A DNA stretch of 64,000 nucleotides, from positions 178,002,001-178,066,000 of the forward strand of contig NC_042998.1 of assembly GCF_006345805.1 (NCBI RefSeq), in the 5' to 3' direction. Shown one piece after another: positions 38,945 to 52,026 of the stretch. Both the position numbers and the translations under genes were made by a program. The DNA is from Octopus sinensis. Taxonomy: Eukaryota. Under the pieces are notes generated by a model that saw nothing but the letters and a program-made list of their open reading frames with translations, searched no databases and was not told the DNA's origin. Numbering within the stretch: position 1 is the first letter of the stretch; each line of letters starts with the position of its first letter.

Positions 38945-39200
38945 ATAGGGAGAGTTCACGAAAAAAACAAAAGAGAGTGTAGTAGTATAGCGCTCAGGAA
39001 TAGAAAAAGTCTTTTACGTTTCGAGCCTACGCTCTTCTACAGAAAGGGCCACAGAAAAAACAAGAAGAGAAAAAAATGTGTAGCGGCTAACGATCTATCA
39101 TGGCGACATATATATATATATATATAGAGATATATATACTAATACATCTGTACACCACCTGTCTTCGTCTTTTGTATTTTTTCGTGAACTCTCCCCCTAT
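38945..39200. mobile_element. Short PLE-type element with ~30-bp inverted ends and a hammerhead-like motif (39011-39046, minus strand)
   Basis: ATAGGGAGAGTTCACGAAAAA at the left end and TTTTTTCGTGAACTCTCCCCCTAT at the right. Motif CTTT-CTGTAGA-A-GAGC(GTAG)GCTC-GAAA-CG-TA-AAAG. Confidence 0.6.
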
Positions 39201-39672
39201 ATATATATACGTGTGTGTGTGTGTGCATGTATATATGTATACATATATGAATATGAGTATGTATGTTTGCATTTATGTATAACAATACAATGTAATATAT
39301 GCTCGGTTATACAAAATGGACAAAAGTACCAAATACTTTTTGTATGTATCTTTTGTTCGGGAAATGATTCAATTCATTGCTAATCGGCGTTTCTCGATAT
39401 TGTGTGTTCGCTCGTAAGTGCGCGCGCACACACACACGCACACGCACACACATATATGTATGTGCAGGTATATATATAAATATGTATGTATGTATATATA
39501 TATGTACATATGTGTGTATATGTGTGTGTATGTGTGTGTGTGCGCGTAATATATATATATATATACGCGGATATTGCCCGGATAGGCCTCACCAGCCACC
39601 TCCGGTTTTCATAGCAGCAATTCCACCAAATGATGTCAATGGTCATCTTCGAACCCGAAGGACGCACATTAT

Positions 39673-39713
<41 letters not shown>

Positions 39714-39715
39714 AC

Positions 39716-39771
<56 letters not shown>

Positions 39772-39772
<1 letters not shown>

Positions 39773-40315
39773 CACGAGCAAAGCGCCCCCCCCCGTCTAA
39801 TGGACGGTACTGAGTTGTCAAACATTTAAACCAAATTTTCTCAAAACAACTTGTCCGACCGTCCCAAAGTCCACCCCTTTGAGAAACACTGATATAACCT
39901 AAATTTGAGACACCAGCAAAAGAAGAAATAAAGATAGACTTTTTTCTATTCCAAAGAGAAACGATTTTATTCACACAAATATATTTTAACTATTAACTAT
40001 ACTAGATGATATTTAATAGAGTTTAATTTAATTTAAAATCTGTCGAACATAACCCAAGATGTTGTGGTTGAGGGTCTTTTGGAATTAAGATAGGTATGTA
40101 CGCGTAGCATCGATCGCAACAGCTGATGTACTTGCGCGAACAAATGTACGTTCTCACGGCTTTATTGATCGCATTCTAACCTGGAATCGATTTTTGTAAT
40201 TTTTTCAAGACTTATACACGTCCTGATACCGTCGGTATCTACATATCGAATTTGAGCGCAATCGGATGGAGGATGCCCGAGATCCTAGAAGAAAAAACAC
40301 ACACACACACACACA

Positions 40316-40347
<32 letters not shown>

Positions 40348-40350
40348 CGG
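39772..40350 (-). mobile_element. Non-autonomous Helitron-like element, copy A
   Basis: Reverse complement of 59575-59955, with an extra ~160-bp block. Terminal hairpin CCGTCCATTAGACGG. 5' end (TA)n-ATCCGTTCTG and internal microsatellite. Confidence 0.55.
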
Positions 40351-40548
40351 ATATTATATAATATAATGTGTTTATTATGGAAGTTCTGACTTTAAGAGTC
40401 CCTCCTAGCGTGAGACATTTATAGTAATGCCCCTAATATGAATAAATATATTTAAAAGGAATAATTAATAAATTCTTCCCTTATGAGGTTTTCCACGTTA
40501 ACTACTTGATAAATTCTTATAAAGATTTTATCCTATATATATATATAT

Positions 40549-40574
<26 letters not shown>

Positions 40575-40579
<5 letters not shown>

Positions 40580-40869
40580 GGGAGATGTACTCGCATAGCA
40601 AGTGATTTGATCTGAGATCGTGTGCTGAAACGAAAACAATTGCAGCGTGAAAGGTGTTTGTAAGCCATGTAAGAAACACACAAAAGCCGTTCGATTCACT
40701 GAAAGTAACTGTTACTTTTTTAGATGCAGCACGGATTTTTGTCAGTGAACAGGTCGCGGATTTTAGCGACGAAAATATTTTGACAAATTAAACTTAAATG
40801 TTGAAATGAATCGAACGGCTTTTGTGTGTTTCTTAAATGGCTTACAAACACCTTCCACGCTGCAATTGT
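40575..40869. mobile_element. PLE-type element with a 63-bp inverted repeat (40636-40698 / 40807-40869) around a hammerhead
   Basis: The arms ACAATTGCAGCGTG..GTTCGATTCA pair almost perfectly. Confidence 0.7.
40739..40786 (+). ncRNA. Minimal type I hammerhead with compensated G3:C8 core (GUGAACA)
   Basis: TTGTCA-GTGAACA-G-GTCGC(GGATTTTA)GCGAC-GAAA-ATAT-TT-TGACAA. Confidence 0.7.
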
Positions 40870-41109
40870 ATATATATATATATATGTATATATAAGACAT
40901 ATTTATGACTGTTCTAAAATCTACAAAGCCTTGGTTTTTTACCTCATTACGGAAAAATAATTTTTATATATATATATATATACATTATATATTTTGACAC
41001 CGTGTTCCCTGTCTGGGGCCCTCACTTGCGGCCTGTTTCTCTCCTTCTCTCTTCCTCTTTCTTTCTCTTTCTCTTTCTATCTTTTTTTCCTTCTATTTGT
41101 GTACTCTTT

Positions 41110-41540
41110 ACTCTTTACTCTTTTACTTGTTTCAGTCATTTGACTGCGGTCATGCTGGAGCACCGCCTTTAGTCGAGCAAATCGACCCCAGGACTTATTC
41201 TTTGTAAGCCTAGTACTTATTCTATCGGTCACTTTTACCGAACCGCTAAGTTACGGGGGACGTAAACACACCAGCATCGGTTGTCAAGCGATGTTGGTCG
41301 GACAAACACAGACACACAAACATACACACACATATACATACACACATATATATATATATATATATATGCATATATCCGACGGGCTTCTTTCAGTTTCCGT
41401 CTACCAAATCCACTCACAAGGCTTTGGTCGGTCCGAGGCTATAGTAGAAGACACTTGCCTAAGGTGCCACGCAGTGAGACTGAACTCGGAACCATGTGGT
41501 TGGTAAGCAAGCTACTTACCACACAGCCACTCCTGCACCT
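41110..41540 (-). mobile_element. SINE family B, full length
   Basis: Same sequence as 35925-36370. Its head reads GGTGCAGGAGTGGCTGTGTGGTAAG on the minus strand. Confidence 0.85.
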
Positions 41541-42144
41541 GTGTGTGTGTGTGTGTTTGTGTGTGTGCGTGCGTGTGTGTGTGTGTGTATGTGTGTGTGT
41601 GTGTGTATGTGTATGTGCGCGTGAATGTGTGTGTGTGTGTGTGTGTATCCCTTGTGTTTGTGCTTATCTACTGCCACTGTTGGAATAAGTACCAGTCTGA
41701 GGCGATTTGTTCGAATAAATTCCTCAAGGTGGCACCCCAGCATGGTCACCGTCCAAAGATTGAAACAAGTTCAAAGTTGAAAGGGGCCGGCAGTTAAGTA
41801 TATGTACCCGGTATACTTTCAGGTATTGTGTGTGCGCACGCGTGTATGTGTGTGTGTGTGTGCGTGTGTGTGTGTGTTTCAAATGTCCTTTTAGTAAAAA
41901 TATGAACAGGATAAGAATCGAACTCTTCTTCCCACCGTAATCACTAAATTCATCCAACATCTGTAGCTTCCACATCTTTTTTTACGCTAAGGGTTTTCAG
42001 CTGACCTGCTGCGCAAACCGTCCTTCGCAGCTGAACGAACTACGGCCAGATAATTGGACGTGATTACTGGACTAACGGGCCAGTTGTCTAACACATATAC
42101 ATATTCTTTTAATTCTTTTATACATTTCAGGTATGCGGCTGCGG

Positions 42145-42202
<58 letters not shown>

Positions 42203-42812
42203 GCACACACACACACACATACACACACACATACACGCACAGGCATACACGCACACATAAACATACTACAAACATAGATGCATACGTGCATTCATACACA
42301 AATGTAAGTGTATGTATGTATGTATGTATGTATCTATCTATCTATATATATATATTATTATATATTATATATATATATATAATACACACCTACATAACCA
42401 CACACACCACACGCATATGTATATATACATATACATATGCGTGCTCGTGCGCACACACACATGCACATACACATGCACACACACATACGCACAAACTGTA
42501 AAAGATCTTCAGAATAAAAAAAAAGCAAAGATATTCTCTGAAATATATGTAAACGAAAATTCCAAGTGAAAAAAATATAATTACTCTATATAACATTTTA
42601 AATGTTAAAAGGTCTTTTCAATCATCCTGTATACAAAAACATATCTATATCTTTCTATCTATGTTTTTATGTACACATGCATACGCACACAGACACTAAT
42701 ACACACATAGACAAGCACAAATGCGCATATGCACACATACAGACATATATGTGCGTATTAGTATGTGTGTGTATATGTATAATATATATAAATATACATA
42801 TATATATGTATA

Positions 42813-42851
<39 letters not shown>

Positions 42852-42942
42852 GCGTACATGTTCACATTCTACACACATGTATACACACGCTTATATTAAG
42901 CCATTTAAATACAATACGTAAACACTTAAATGTGTGTGTGTG

Positions 42943-42975
<33 letters not shown>

Positions 42976-43127
42976 TGTATATATATATATATATATATAG
43001 GGGTAGATGATGATAAAGAGATAGATATAATAAAATAAAGATATAGAGATATACATGCACTTTACCTAAAGATATGTATACATATATATTTGCATGAATG
43101 CATACACATACAGTTAACTACGCACAC

Positions 43128-43178
<51 letters not shown>

Positions 43179-43319
43179 CCGTTTTTAGAAAAACATAAAT
43201 CCAGAGAAGAAACATACTCTAAAAAGTAGAGCAGTCTATATTTTTTCCTAGTGAAGGCCGGTGAAAAAATATATGTGTGTGTGTATTTTTATTGTATTTT
43301 TGTATTTATATTCGTGTAA

Positions 43320-43600
43320 CATCGTCTGTTTTTTCCGTCCTTGTTTTCGCATACATTCGATGTTCTTTTCAAAGAAATCTAATGCTCTTAGCTTAGTTTT
43401 TTCCTTGGGGCTGGCCAGATTGGAGCAATCTCAAGATTAATCAGCCGAAATTGCGAGGATGATCCGGTTCTTGACTGAAGATAAAAGGCTTCGAATGACC
43501 CGTCCTTGTTTTTTTGTATCGTCTATCTGGATATTTTGTTGTCCCTTTTTGTATCGCCTAGTTGTCCGGATGTTTTGCGTTTTTGTCCCATTTTGTATTT
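43320..43600 (+). repeat. Dispersed repeat, probably a PLE pseudo-LTR remnant; related copies at ~7590-7747 (-), ~37990-38070 and ~57300-57560
   Basis: Shared GGGGCTGGCCAGATTGGAGCAA and TTTTGCGTT(C/T)TTGTCCCATTTTGTATTTTA segments. Confidence 0.65.
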
Positions 43601-43612
43601 TATATATATGTA

Positions 43613-43689
<77 letters not shown>

Positions 43690-43692
<3 letters not shown>

Positions 43693-44003
43693 CACCGTGA
43701 TCACCGTGACCGACCAGATTATCAGATGTTGCTACACATCGCTGGTCACAATGCGCTTAGCGTTGTTATAGCCTTCAAATGACGCGACCCCGCTGGCTAA
43801 GCGAGCAGGCCAACAGAAGATAGAGTGAGAGAAAGTTGTGGCGAAAGAGTACAGCAGGGATCGCCACCACCCCCTGCCGGAGCCTCGTGGAGCTTTGGGT
43901 GTTTTCGCTCAATAAACACTCACAACGCCCGGTCTGGGCATCGAAACCGCGATCCTCCGACCGCGAGTCCGCTTCTCTAACCACTGGGCCATTGCGCCTC
44001 CAC
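43690..44003 (-). mobile_element. tRNA-derived SINE family C
   Basis: Minus-strand head GGAGGCGCAATGGCCCAGTGGTTAGAG..GGTTTCGATGCCC with A and B boxes. Confidence 0.8.
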
Positions 44004-44266
44004 AAACACACACACACACGCACACACACACACACACACACACATTAATGTGCATGCTTAGCACATTGATACAGATATACCCATATGTACTTATACGCAT
44101 GTGCATATCCATGTATACATTTGACCCAACAGATGCATACAAAAAAGCAAACAAGTACGCATAGTGAAACATATTCATAACTGGGTATACGGACATATAT
44201 ATATAGTACGTTATTATTGTTGTGCAAGATTTTTATGTGAAGTCGTGTGTTGAAACAGATATTGTT

Positions 44267-44604
44267 ATATTTCGGAATGGTCATTTTGTCAGTTTAGCCA
44301 ATAAAAACACACGCACTATATATTTGGTGTTACTTTGCTTCAGGGTATTTATTTTTTACATTAATCTATTCTTATTTCGGCCAGAGTTCTTTCGTCACAC
44401 TCCTGTGACCGCATCAGTGGTCCTTTGTTTTCTTCTTTCTTATTTGTGTCTCTTTTTACTAACCGTCAGTGTGACGAAAGAACTCTGGCCGAAATAAGAT
44501 TAAGATTAATGTAAAAAATAAATAACACTGAAGCAAAGTAACACCAAATATATAGTGCGTGTGTTTTTATTGGCTAAACTGACAAAATGACCATTCCGAA
44601 ATAT
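44267..44604. repeat. ~135-bp near-perfect inverted repeat with a 66-nt spacer
   Basis: 44267-44401 pairs with 44468-44604. Confidence 0.85.
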
Positions 44605-45920
44605 ATATATATATATATACATATGTGTGTGTGTGTGTGTTCGTACACGGATATATGCACATACACACATATATGAATATGCATACAAACACACATATAT
44701 AAATATATATATGTATATATATGCGTGTATGTGTGTGTGTGTGTGGTTATTTTAATATTTAAAAAAAATATTTATAAAGAACCTTCAAAGCGTCTAATGA
44801 TAGTGGAAAATTTGTGCGTATAGGTATATATATCTCTATACGTTTATACATATACATAAATATATATGTTTAGGTATACTATATCCGTCTATCTATTCTC
44901 TCTCTTTCTCCCCCCCCCCCCCTCTCTCTCTCTCTCTCCCTCTCTCACACACACATTTGCAAAACCCGCACTTACACACAGACAAATGAATAAATCTCCC
45001 ACACATTTTAAACTTACATTTGTCCATTGGTAGAAACCGGTGGCATATCTATCGGCTTCTAAAACTTTGCACACTATGTGCATATGTGCATGTACGTATG
45101 TGTGTGTGCATATGTCTACGTGTGTGTATGTGTGTGTAATGGATTCTTAGGAATATAATATTTGCGTGTGTATTTGTGTTATTCTAAAGCCGAGGTGGAT
45201 ATATCGTTGTCGTAGACCCGTTCAGAAGGGGCCTGTATTTTGTAATAAAGAGAGTTTCTTTACTTATATATCTGTATAGACCAATTGGTCCCTGTATGTC
45301 TTTCACCTTACCTTTTCTTGATAACCCGCTCCTAACAACTACCAGATGATTCTTTGTTGCATTAACAAATACCAACCACTCTAACAAACTTATAATGTAA
45401 TTAATATGCTTAAACGCATAGAATCCCGTTATGCAACATCGTCGTTGTCTCTGTCTAGAATTGTTATTCCTCTACGAGACAGCTACTTTGGTTTCTATAA
45501 AAATATATTTTATGCACCAATGACCCTTATTTTCACACTCAAACATTCCTTTGTTGTTTTATTTTCACTTGTTGAGTCTGGAAGCATCTTGTCCATAACC
45601 TTTCCCGACCCAACAAGGCCGATGAGCTCGATGCCAATAAGAACTTTTTTTTTACCTTGTTTATGCATGCAGAAAATACATAAGCAGCAGAAAGATTCTG
45701 GAGGGCCAATGCTCTAGGCGGGAAGGGATTTGGGATAATTGTTAGTGCGGTGTGGAGGAGGTTGGACGTACAGAGAGTGACGGAATATGTACAAAGACGA
45801 GAGGATTGGGGATGCCTGAATGGTGGGGACAGCAGGCTAGCCTGCTCTGAGGAACAGAAGCCATTATAGCAGTGATAGAAAAGACAGTGAGACAAGAGAT
45901 GCGGGTAGATGCGGGTCCAG

Positions 45921-46020
45921 NNNNNNNNNNNNNNNNNNNNNNNNNNNNNNNNNNNNNNNNNNNNNNNNNNNNNNNNNNNNNNNNNNNNNNNNNNNNNNNN
46001 NNNNNNNNNNNNNNNNNNNN
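45921..46020. other. Assembly gap (100 N)
   Basis: Run of n characters. Confidence 1.
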
Positions 46021-47454
46021 ACTTCGCATTATTTTACCATTACCTACGATCTTTTATACAATATATTCTACACAATGCTTCATAGTAATTATTCCATTAT
46101 ATATATGTATATATATATGTATATATATGCATATATATGTATATATACATATATAAGTATATATATATATGTATATATATACAAATATGTATATATATGT
46201 GTGTACACACACACACACACACACACATATATGGAATTGAGTCGCAAATTGTATCTTTTCTAGCTATTGATGTAAAAGTTGCTTGTTTTTAAAGAATTAA
46301 TGTGGTTCAGGAAGCTATAAATTAACGTACATATTGATTGGTATACGATACGCCTTTTATTACGTATTAGTTGTAGAAGTATATTATGTATATCTACTTT
46401 CTATATTTCGTTTTGGGATTTGGTTTGCAAGATTCTTTATATGAGTTCGTGTGTTGAAACATATTCTGTTGTGTCTGGGGAGAGTCATTCTCTTTTAGTG
46501 CCTTATTATTTAACACACTCACCGGTAGAAAACCCGAATTCATGTAACAACTATCGTCTGTCTTATTGACTCCACACCTCGTTATCCTACTTATTTTACC
46601 GCTTGTTAACATTGAAATATATGTGCGAACACACACACACGTATTTGTATACTGGCGCAAATTTTCGGTTGAGTTACCATTAGTTGCTGTCGTTTATTCC
46701 AGTGCCAACTTTCTTCGAGTTGATCAAAAACGTTCCGACAGTGACCAATGTGCCACTTACTTCTCCAGACATAAAATATTCTTGACTACAAGAGCCAATG
46801 CTTCTGCCTGTTTTGTAAGGCGGTAGGATGTGACTTTAGGGTAATTTTTCCACTATTGTAAGCAGGGTAAGCGCAAAAAGACCCAGCTAAATTGAGACGT
46901 TTTTGCAGCTTAAGTCATCATTCAATCCTACAAAGGAAGCCTGTAATCGAAAGCATTCCATCCATGGCTATCCTGTCTTTTTACATGTCAAGCAGTAGAT
47001 TGTTCGACGTTTTTTTCCCCAAGTACCTTCAAATCACATCCACTGCATCTTATAAAAGTAAGAAGACATTGGATATCGTAGCTTCATGGCAAAATATGAC
47101 TTACTTTCCTTTGATTATAATTCTAACCATTCAGTGCTGATCTAGGGTTAAATTGTAACAAAAACTGACATGAGAAACAACAGGTAAAGGAGAAAAAGAT
47201 ATATTCAGGTTTCCGAGTAGTCCTACATACGATAAACTATTGCGTGTCGGAATGTACAGTAAACTCCTATACTAGACAAATACATAGTGATGACATAGGA
47301 CTGTTCAACCAAGGATGAACTTGAGATACGGAACAACTACAGCATGCAAGAAATGAAAGAAATATGCTTGTGCGCGTGCGTGTATGTGAATGTGAATGCG
47401 TGTGCTTGTTTATTTGTGTGTGCGTGTATGTGAGTGTGTGTGCGTGTGTGTGTG

Positions 47455-47495
<41 letters not shown>

Positions 47496-47980
47496 TGTGT
47501 GTGTGAATGAGTGTGTAAGCAAAGGTATCTCAAATGAAGAAATAGAAATAATCCTCTTATTAGTTTAACTGGGTATCACACCGCAGATCTATGTCGTAGA
47601 GGAAAAGAAATAAACATTTCCAATAACATTACAATATGAGTTATTATTGATACGGTTGCGTTGGCCAGATAAGATGTGTCAAGCAAATACGTTACTCCAA
47701 AGAGACCATATCCGTATCTAAATGATGACCACACATCATACTGCGATTGCCAGCCACGAATCTATTGGAATGTGACATACTGCAAACGCTCCATTATCCT
47801 TCCTGGTAGGTTCGTGCGTAACAATTCGAATACATGTGATTTGGAGAGAAAAATATAGTATAGGTTAGCTTTTTCTAGAATTGTTTATGATGTTTATAGA
47901 AAGGGGATGAGTCTGTATGATGTTATTACACTTACGCTTACAATAATCACTGGATATATATATTATATATATATATATAT

Positions 47981-48760
47981 ACAACATAAGCTGGGCTACA
48001 CAACAACATAAGCTGGGCTACACTACAACATAAGCTGGGCTACACATATAAGCAGCAAAGTTGACATGGCCCGCAGAATGTGTTCCTGGATTCTCAGAAC
48101 CTTCCAGTCGAGAGATTCCCACGCTATTATCCTTCTCTTCTCCACTTTTTCCCGACCCCACCTTGAATACTGCTGTCCACTGTGGTCTCCCTACACAAAA
48201 CAAAATATTATGAGAATTGAAGCTCCCCAAAGGTCAATCACAAAAACGATAGAGGCATGTCAGACCTTGACTACTGGGGTAGACTAGAGAAGCTGAAATT
48301 GTATTCACTCCAACGACGCCGTGAACGTGAACGCTACATTATCTGTATGATGTGGAAAATATTCCACCAGCACTGTCCGAATATGTGGTATCACCTTCAA
48401 AATGCATCCAGGCTTGGACCACGTGCCATCCGTCCACAACAAAAATCTAAATCGCATCACCACATAACGACAGTACGGCACAACTATTCACCTCAGATGG
48501 ACCTGCTCTCTTCAACATTACACCAGGGCACGTCAAAAAAAGAAACTGACCACACAAAATTCAAGAAGTTTTTGGACAAAATTCCTTCAAACAGTACCGG
48601 ACAAACCACCCACCACCCGGATATGTCTCCGCAAACAATAACTCTCTGCTCGAATGGGCCTTGGTGCCCAAATCCTGAACTGAAAGACTTCACCAGGGTG
48701 GTGCTATTAAGTTAGACATGGCCTGGGCATACTGGCCAAAACCTTTCTAAGTTATTCTAA
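47981..48760 (+). mobile_element. CR1-like LINE, 5'-truncated 3' end
   Basis: RPHLEYCCPLWSPY..RLEKLKLYSLQRRRER. The 3' end has tandem CTAAGTT(A) followed by (TA)n. A 21-mer is triplicated at the 5' junction. Confidence 0.85.
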
Positions 48761-48761
48761 G

Positions 48762-48797
<36 letters not shown>

Positions 48798-48818
48798 TAT
48801 ATATATATATATATATAT

Positions 48819-48857
<39 letters not shown>

Positions 48858-48897
48858 TATATTATATATATATATATTATATATATATATATATAGA

Positions 48898-48930
<33 letters not shown>

Positions 48931-48964
48931 CATATATAATATATATATATATAATACAATATAT

Positions 48965-48999
<35 letters not shown>

Positions 49000-50744
49000 T
49001 ATATATATATCTATATATATATATGCCTCCACGCGCTGCTACTACACTTTCGTCCTTGCCAGCAAAAAGGCTTCTTCGTTCGTCCCTTGTGTGGTTAATT
49101 TCTGTATAGTATTCTTGTTATTTTCTCGTTTTGTAACTAATTGTACTTTTTGTACATGTATTTATTTTTGCAGTTTTATTGTTTGTCTATGCCAGAAAAA
49201 GGCTTTTTCGTTCGTCCTCTTGTGTGTGTTTTTGTACAGTATTTAAATTTTGCAGTCTTATTGTTACGTCTTGTGTGGTTTCGTACTCATTGTGCCCCGC
49301 TGCTTGAAATTTATTTTTAATTCTCTCGCAGGAAGGCCTATTGGATTAGTGTTCTGTTATGCCTTCGAAACATGCCTGACTCCTCTAGCGACAGCTGATG
49401 ACGGGGGTTTTGTCCTTGTGTAACTGTCCTGTATTTGGTTTTCGTTTTCCGTTTTCTTGTTTTTTTTTTTGGCTTTTTCTGTTTCTACGTCTTATTGTGG
49501 TCCTGTACTTCCGTATAATTATTTATATATGCATGTATATATACATGTAGATGTAGGTACGTACATATATGTTTGTATGTATGCAATATTTTTATTTATC
49601 TCCTTATCCTATATATATATATATATATTATATATATATATATAATCTATATATATATATATATATATATATGATATATATATACATATATTGTCCAGTT
49701 TCAACGTGTTGATATATTTAAACGTTCGTGAATGAAAGGATTTTTTTACGAGCTCGCTTGGCCAGCCACATTTGCATCCAAATTTCTTCCTTCATCTGCT
49801 CTATCATCTTAAGAAATGAATTAAAATAGCAGATACAGGAAATCAATGAAATTAAAATTTTAGATGTAAGGAAAAGAACTTGGTTGTAAATCGACTTATG
49901 GGGATTATATCCGGCGAGGTCTTGCTTGTTAATGTTTTTGAGATATAAACAGTTACCGTAATTTATGATGGCAGTCAGTGTAGAGATGATGGAATTTCAC
50001 AATGAAACGATTCTTGCAACCAAATTACCTAATTCCATTTCACGTGTTAGTTTTCGTTTGTGTTATTTCATTTATGACATCAATAGTATTCGGGAAGACA
50101 TAAAAATCAATAAAGCGTAAATCACCTTCTACACTATTAAACACCCAAACTTATACATACATACACACACATACACACATACATACATACATACATACAT
50201 ACATACATACATACATACATACATACATACATACATACACACATACATACACACATACATAATACATACATACATACATACACACATACATACTTATATA
50301 TATACATGCAAGTATGCATGTATAAATACATACATGCATGCATCCAATCGCATATTTGGAAGTACACGATAGGGCATTTCTCGATGTTAACAATAGCCTC
50401 CAGATAGTTATGAAAACACGTAAAGTTTCCTTTGGGACATCACGCACACACGCACACACGCACACGTACATGCACATAAGAATATGTGTATGTACGTGAT
50501 TATATGCATATACACTTGTGTGTACATATACACATCTATATATGCATATAAGCAAGCAACTTCGTCTGTAAACACACACACACACGTATACATAAGTGTG
50601 TAGGAATATCTTTTATATATATGCGTGTGTGCGTGCGTGAGTGTGTGAGCATGTATATGTATATATATATGTATATACTTCCCGAATTGCAACGACTGAC
50701 AGATACCATTCAAACACACACACGCACGCACGCACACACATACA

Positions 50745-50775
<31 letters not shown>

Positions 50776-51170
50776 GTGGGTGTGTGGTAAGTAGCTTGCT
50801 AACCAACCACATGGTTCCGGGTTCAGTCCCACTGCGTGGCACCTTGTGCAAGTGTCTTCTACTATAGCCCCGGGCCGACCAATGCCTTGTGAGTGGATTT
50901 GGTAGACGGAAACTGAAAGAAGCCTGTCGTATCTATGTATATATATGTATATGTGTATATGTGTGTATGGTTTGTGTGTCTGTGTTTGTCCCCCTAGCAT
51001 TGCTTGACAACCGATGCTGGTGTGTTTACGTCCCGTCACTTAGCGGTTTGGCCAAAGAGACCGATAGAATAAGTACTGGGTACAAAGATAAGTCCCGGGG
51101 TCGAGTTGCTCGACTAAAGGCGGTGCTCCAGCATGGCCGCAGTCAAATGACTGAAACAAGTAAAGAGTAA
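50776..51170 (+). mobile_element. SINE family B, full length
   Basis: GTGTGGTAAGTAGCTTGCTAACCAACCACATGGTTCCGGGTTCAGTCCC..GACTGAAACAAGTAAAGAG. Confidence 0.85.
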
Positions 51171-51458
51171 GAGTATATATATATTATATATATATATAAT
51201 ATATATATATATAATATATATATATATTATATTATATTATATAGTCAATTTAGGGTAGCAAAAAAATTCAATAGAAATTTATCGCTACCAGCGGCCTGTG
51301 GAAAAGAGAAAATAGTCATCGACTAATATATAAATATAACAATTAGGAGTGACCTAACAGGTCATTCATCCACCAGAAAGAGCAGCATAACTCACACCGC
51401 CAAGTAGTAGTAATTCAGAAATTAGGTGAAAATTTAAAAACATTTACCCTAATTCATC

Positions 51459-51555
51459 TTTTAGACGTTGCAACGTTTCTGTGTCATAATGATTAAATTA
51501 GCTTAATTAAATTAAATTAAGCTAATCTACCATAGGTTACACTTCATCAGTAAAA
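51459..51555 (-). ncRNA. Intact type I hammerhead ribozyme motif (unit 1)
   Basis: TTTTA-CTGATGA-A-GTGT..ACAC-A-GAAA-CGTTGCAACG-TC-TAAAA. 12-nt palindrome ACGTTGCAACGT, GUC site. Confidence 0.85.
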
Positions 51556-51928
51556 AACCTGGGAGAGACAAATATACACGAGGCGTCTGTATCGATGCCT
51601 ACGGATATCTGTCTTAAAATTTTCAAGACTGACGTATTCGCGCCAAACTTATCAGCAGTAAATATAAACTGCCGATTCAATCTCAGAATTATTCAGAAAA
51701 TTATCAATTAGTCAATTTAGGGTAGCAAAAAAATTCAATAGAAATTTATCGCTACCAGCGGCCTGGTGGAAAGAGAAAATAGTCATCGACTAAATATATA
51801 AATATAACAATTTAGGAGTGACCCTAACAGTCATTCACCCACCAGAAAGAGCAGCCATAACTCACACCGCCAAGTAGTAGTAATTCAGAAATTAGGTGAA
51901 AATTTAAAAACATTTACCCTAATTCCTC

Positions 51929-52026
51929 TTTTAGACGTTGCAACGTTTCTGTGTCATTAATGATTAAATTAGCTTAATTAAATTAAATTAAGCTAATCTA
52001 CCATAGGTTACACTTCATCAGTAAAA
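51929..52026 (-). ncRNA. Intact type I hammerhead ribozyme motif (unit 2)
   Basis: Same motif, with the cleavage site 470 nt from that of unit 1. Confidence 0.85.

Noticed and set aside
43470-43510. CTGAAGA..GAATGACCCGTC (also CTGAGGA at ~57457) as a hammerhead
   Set aside because: It has GAAT instead of GAAA, and I could not form helix I or a convincing helix II.
49325-49430. Two hammerhead-like remnants (GAAACATGCC; GACAG-CTGATGA..CTGTC)
   Set aside because: Each lacks half of the core. Too decayed to call, although probably of pseudo-LTR origin.
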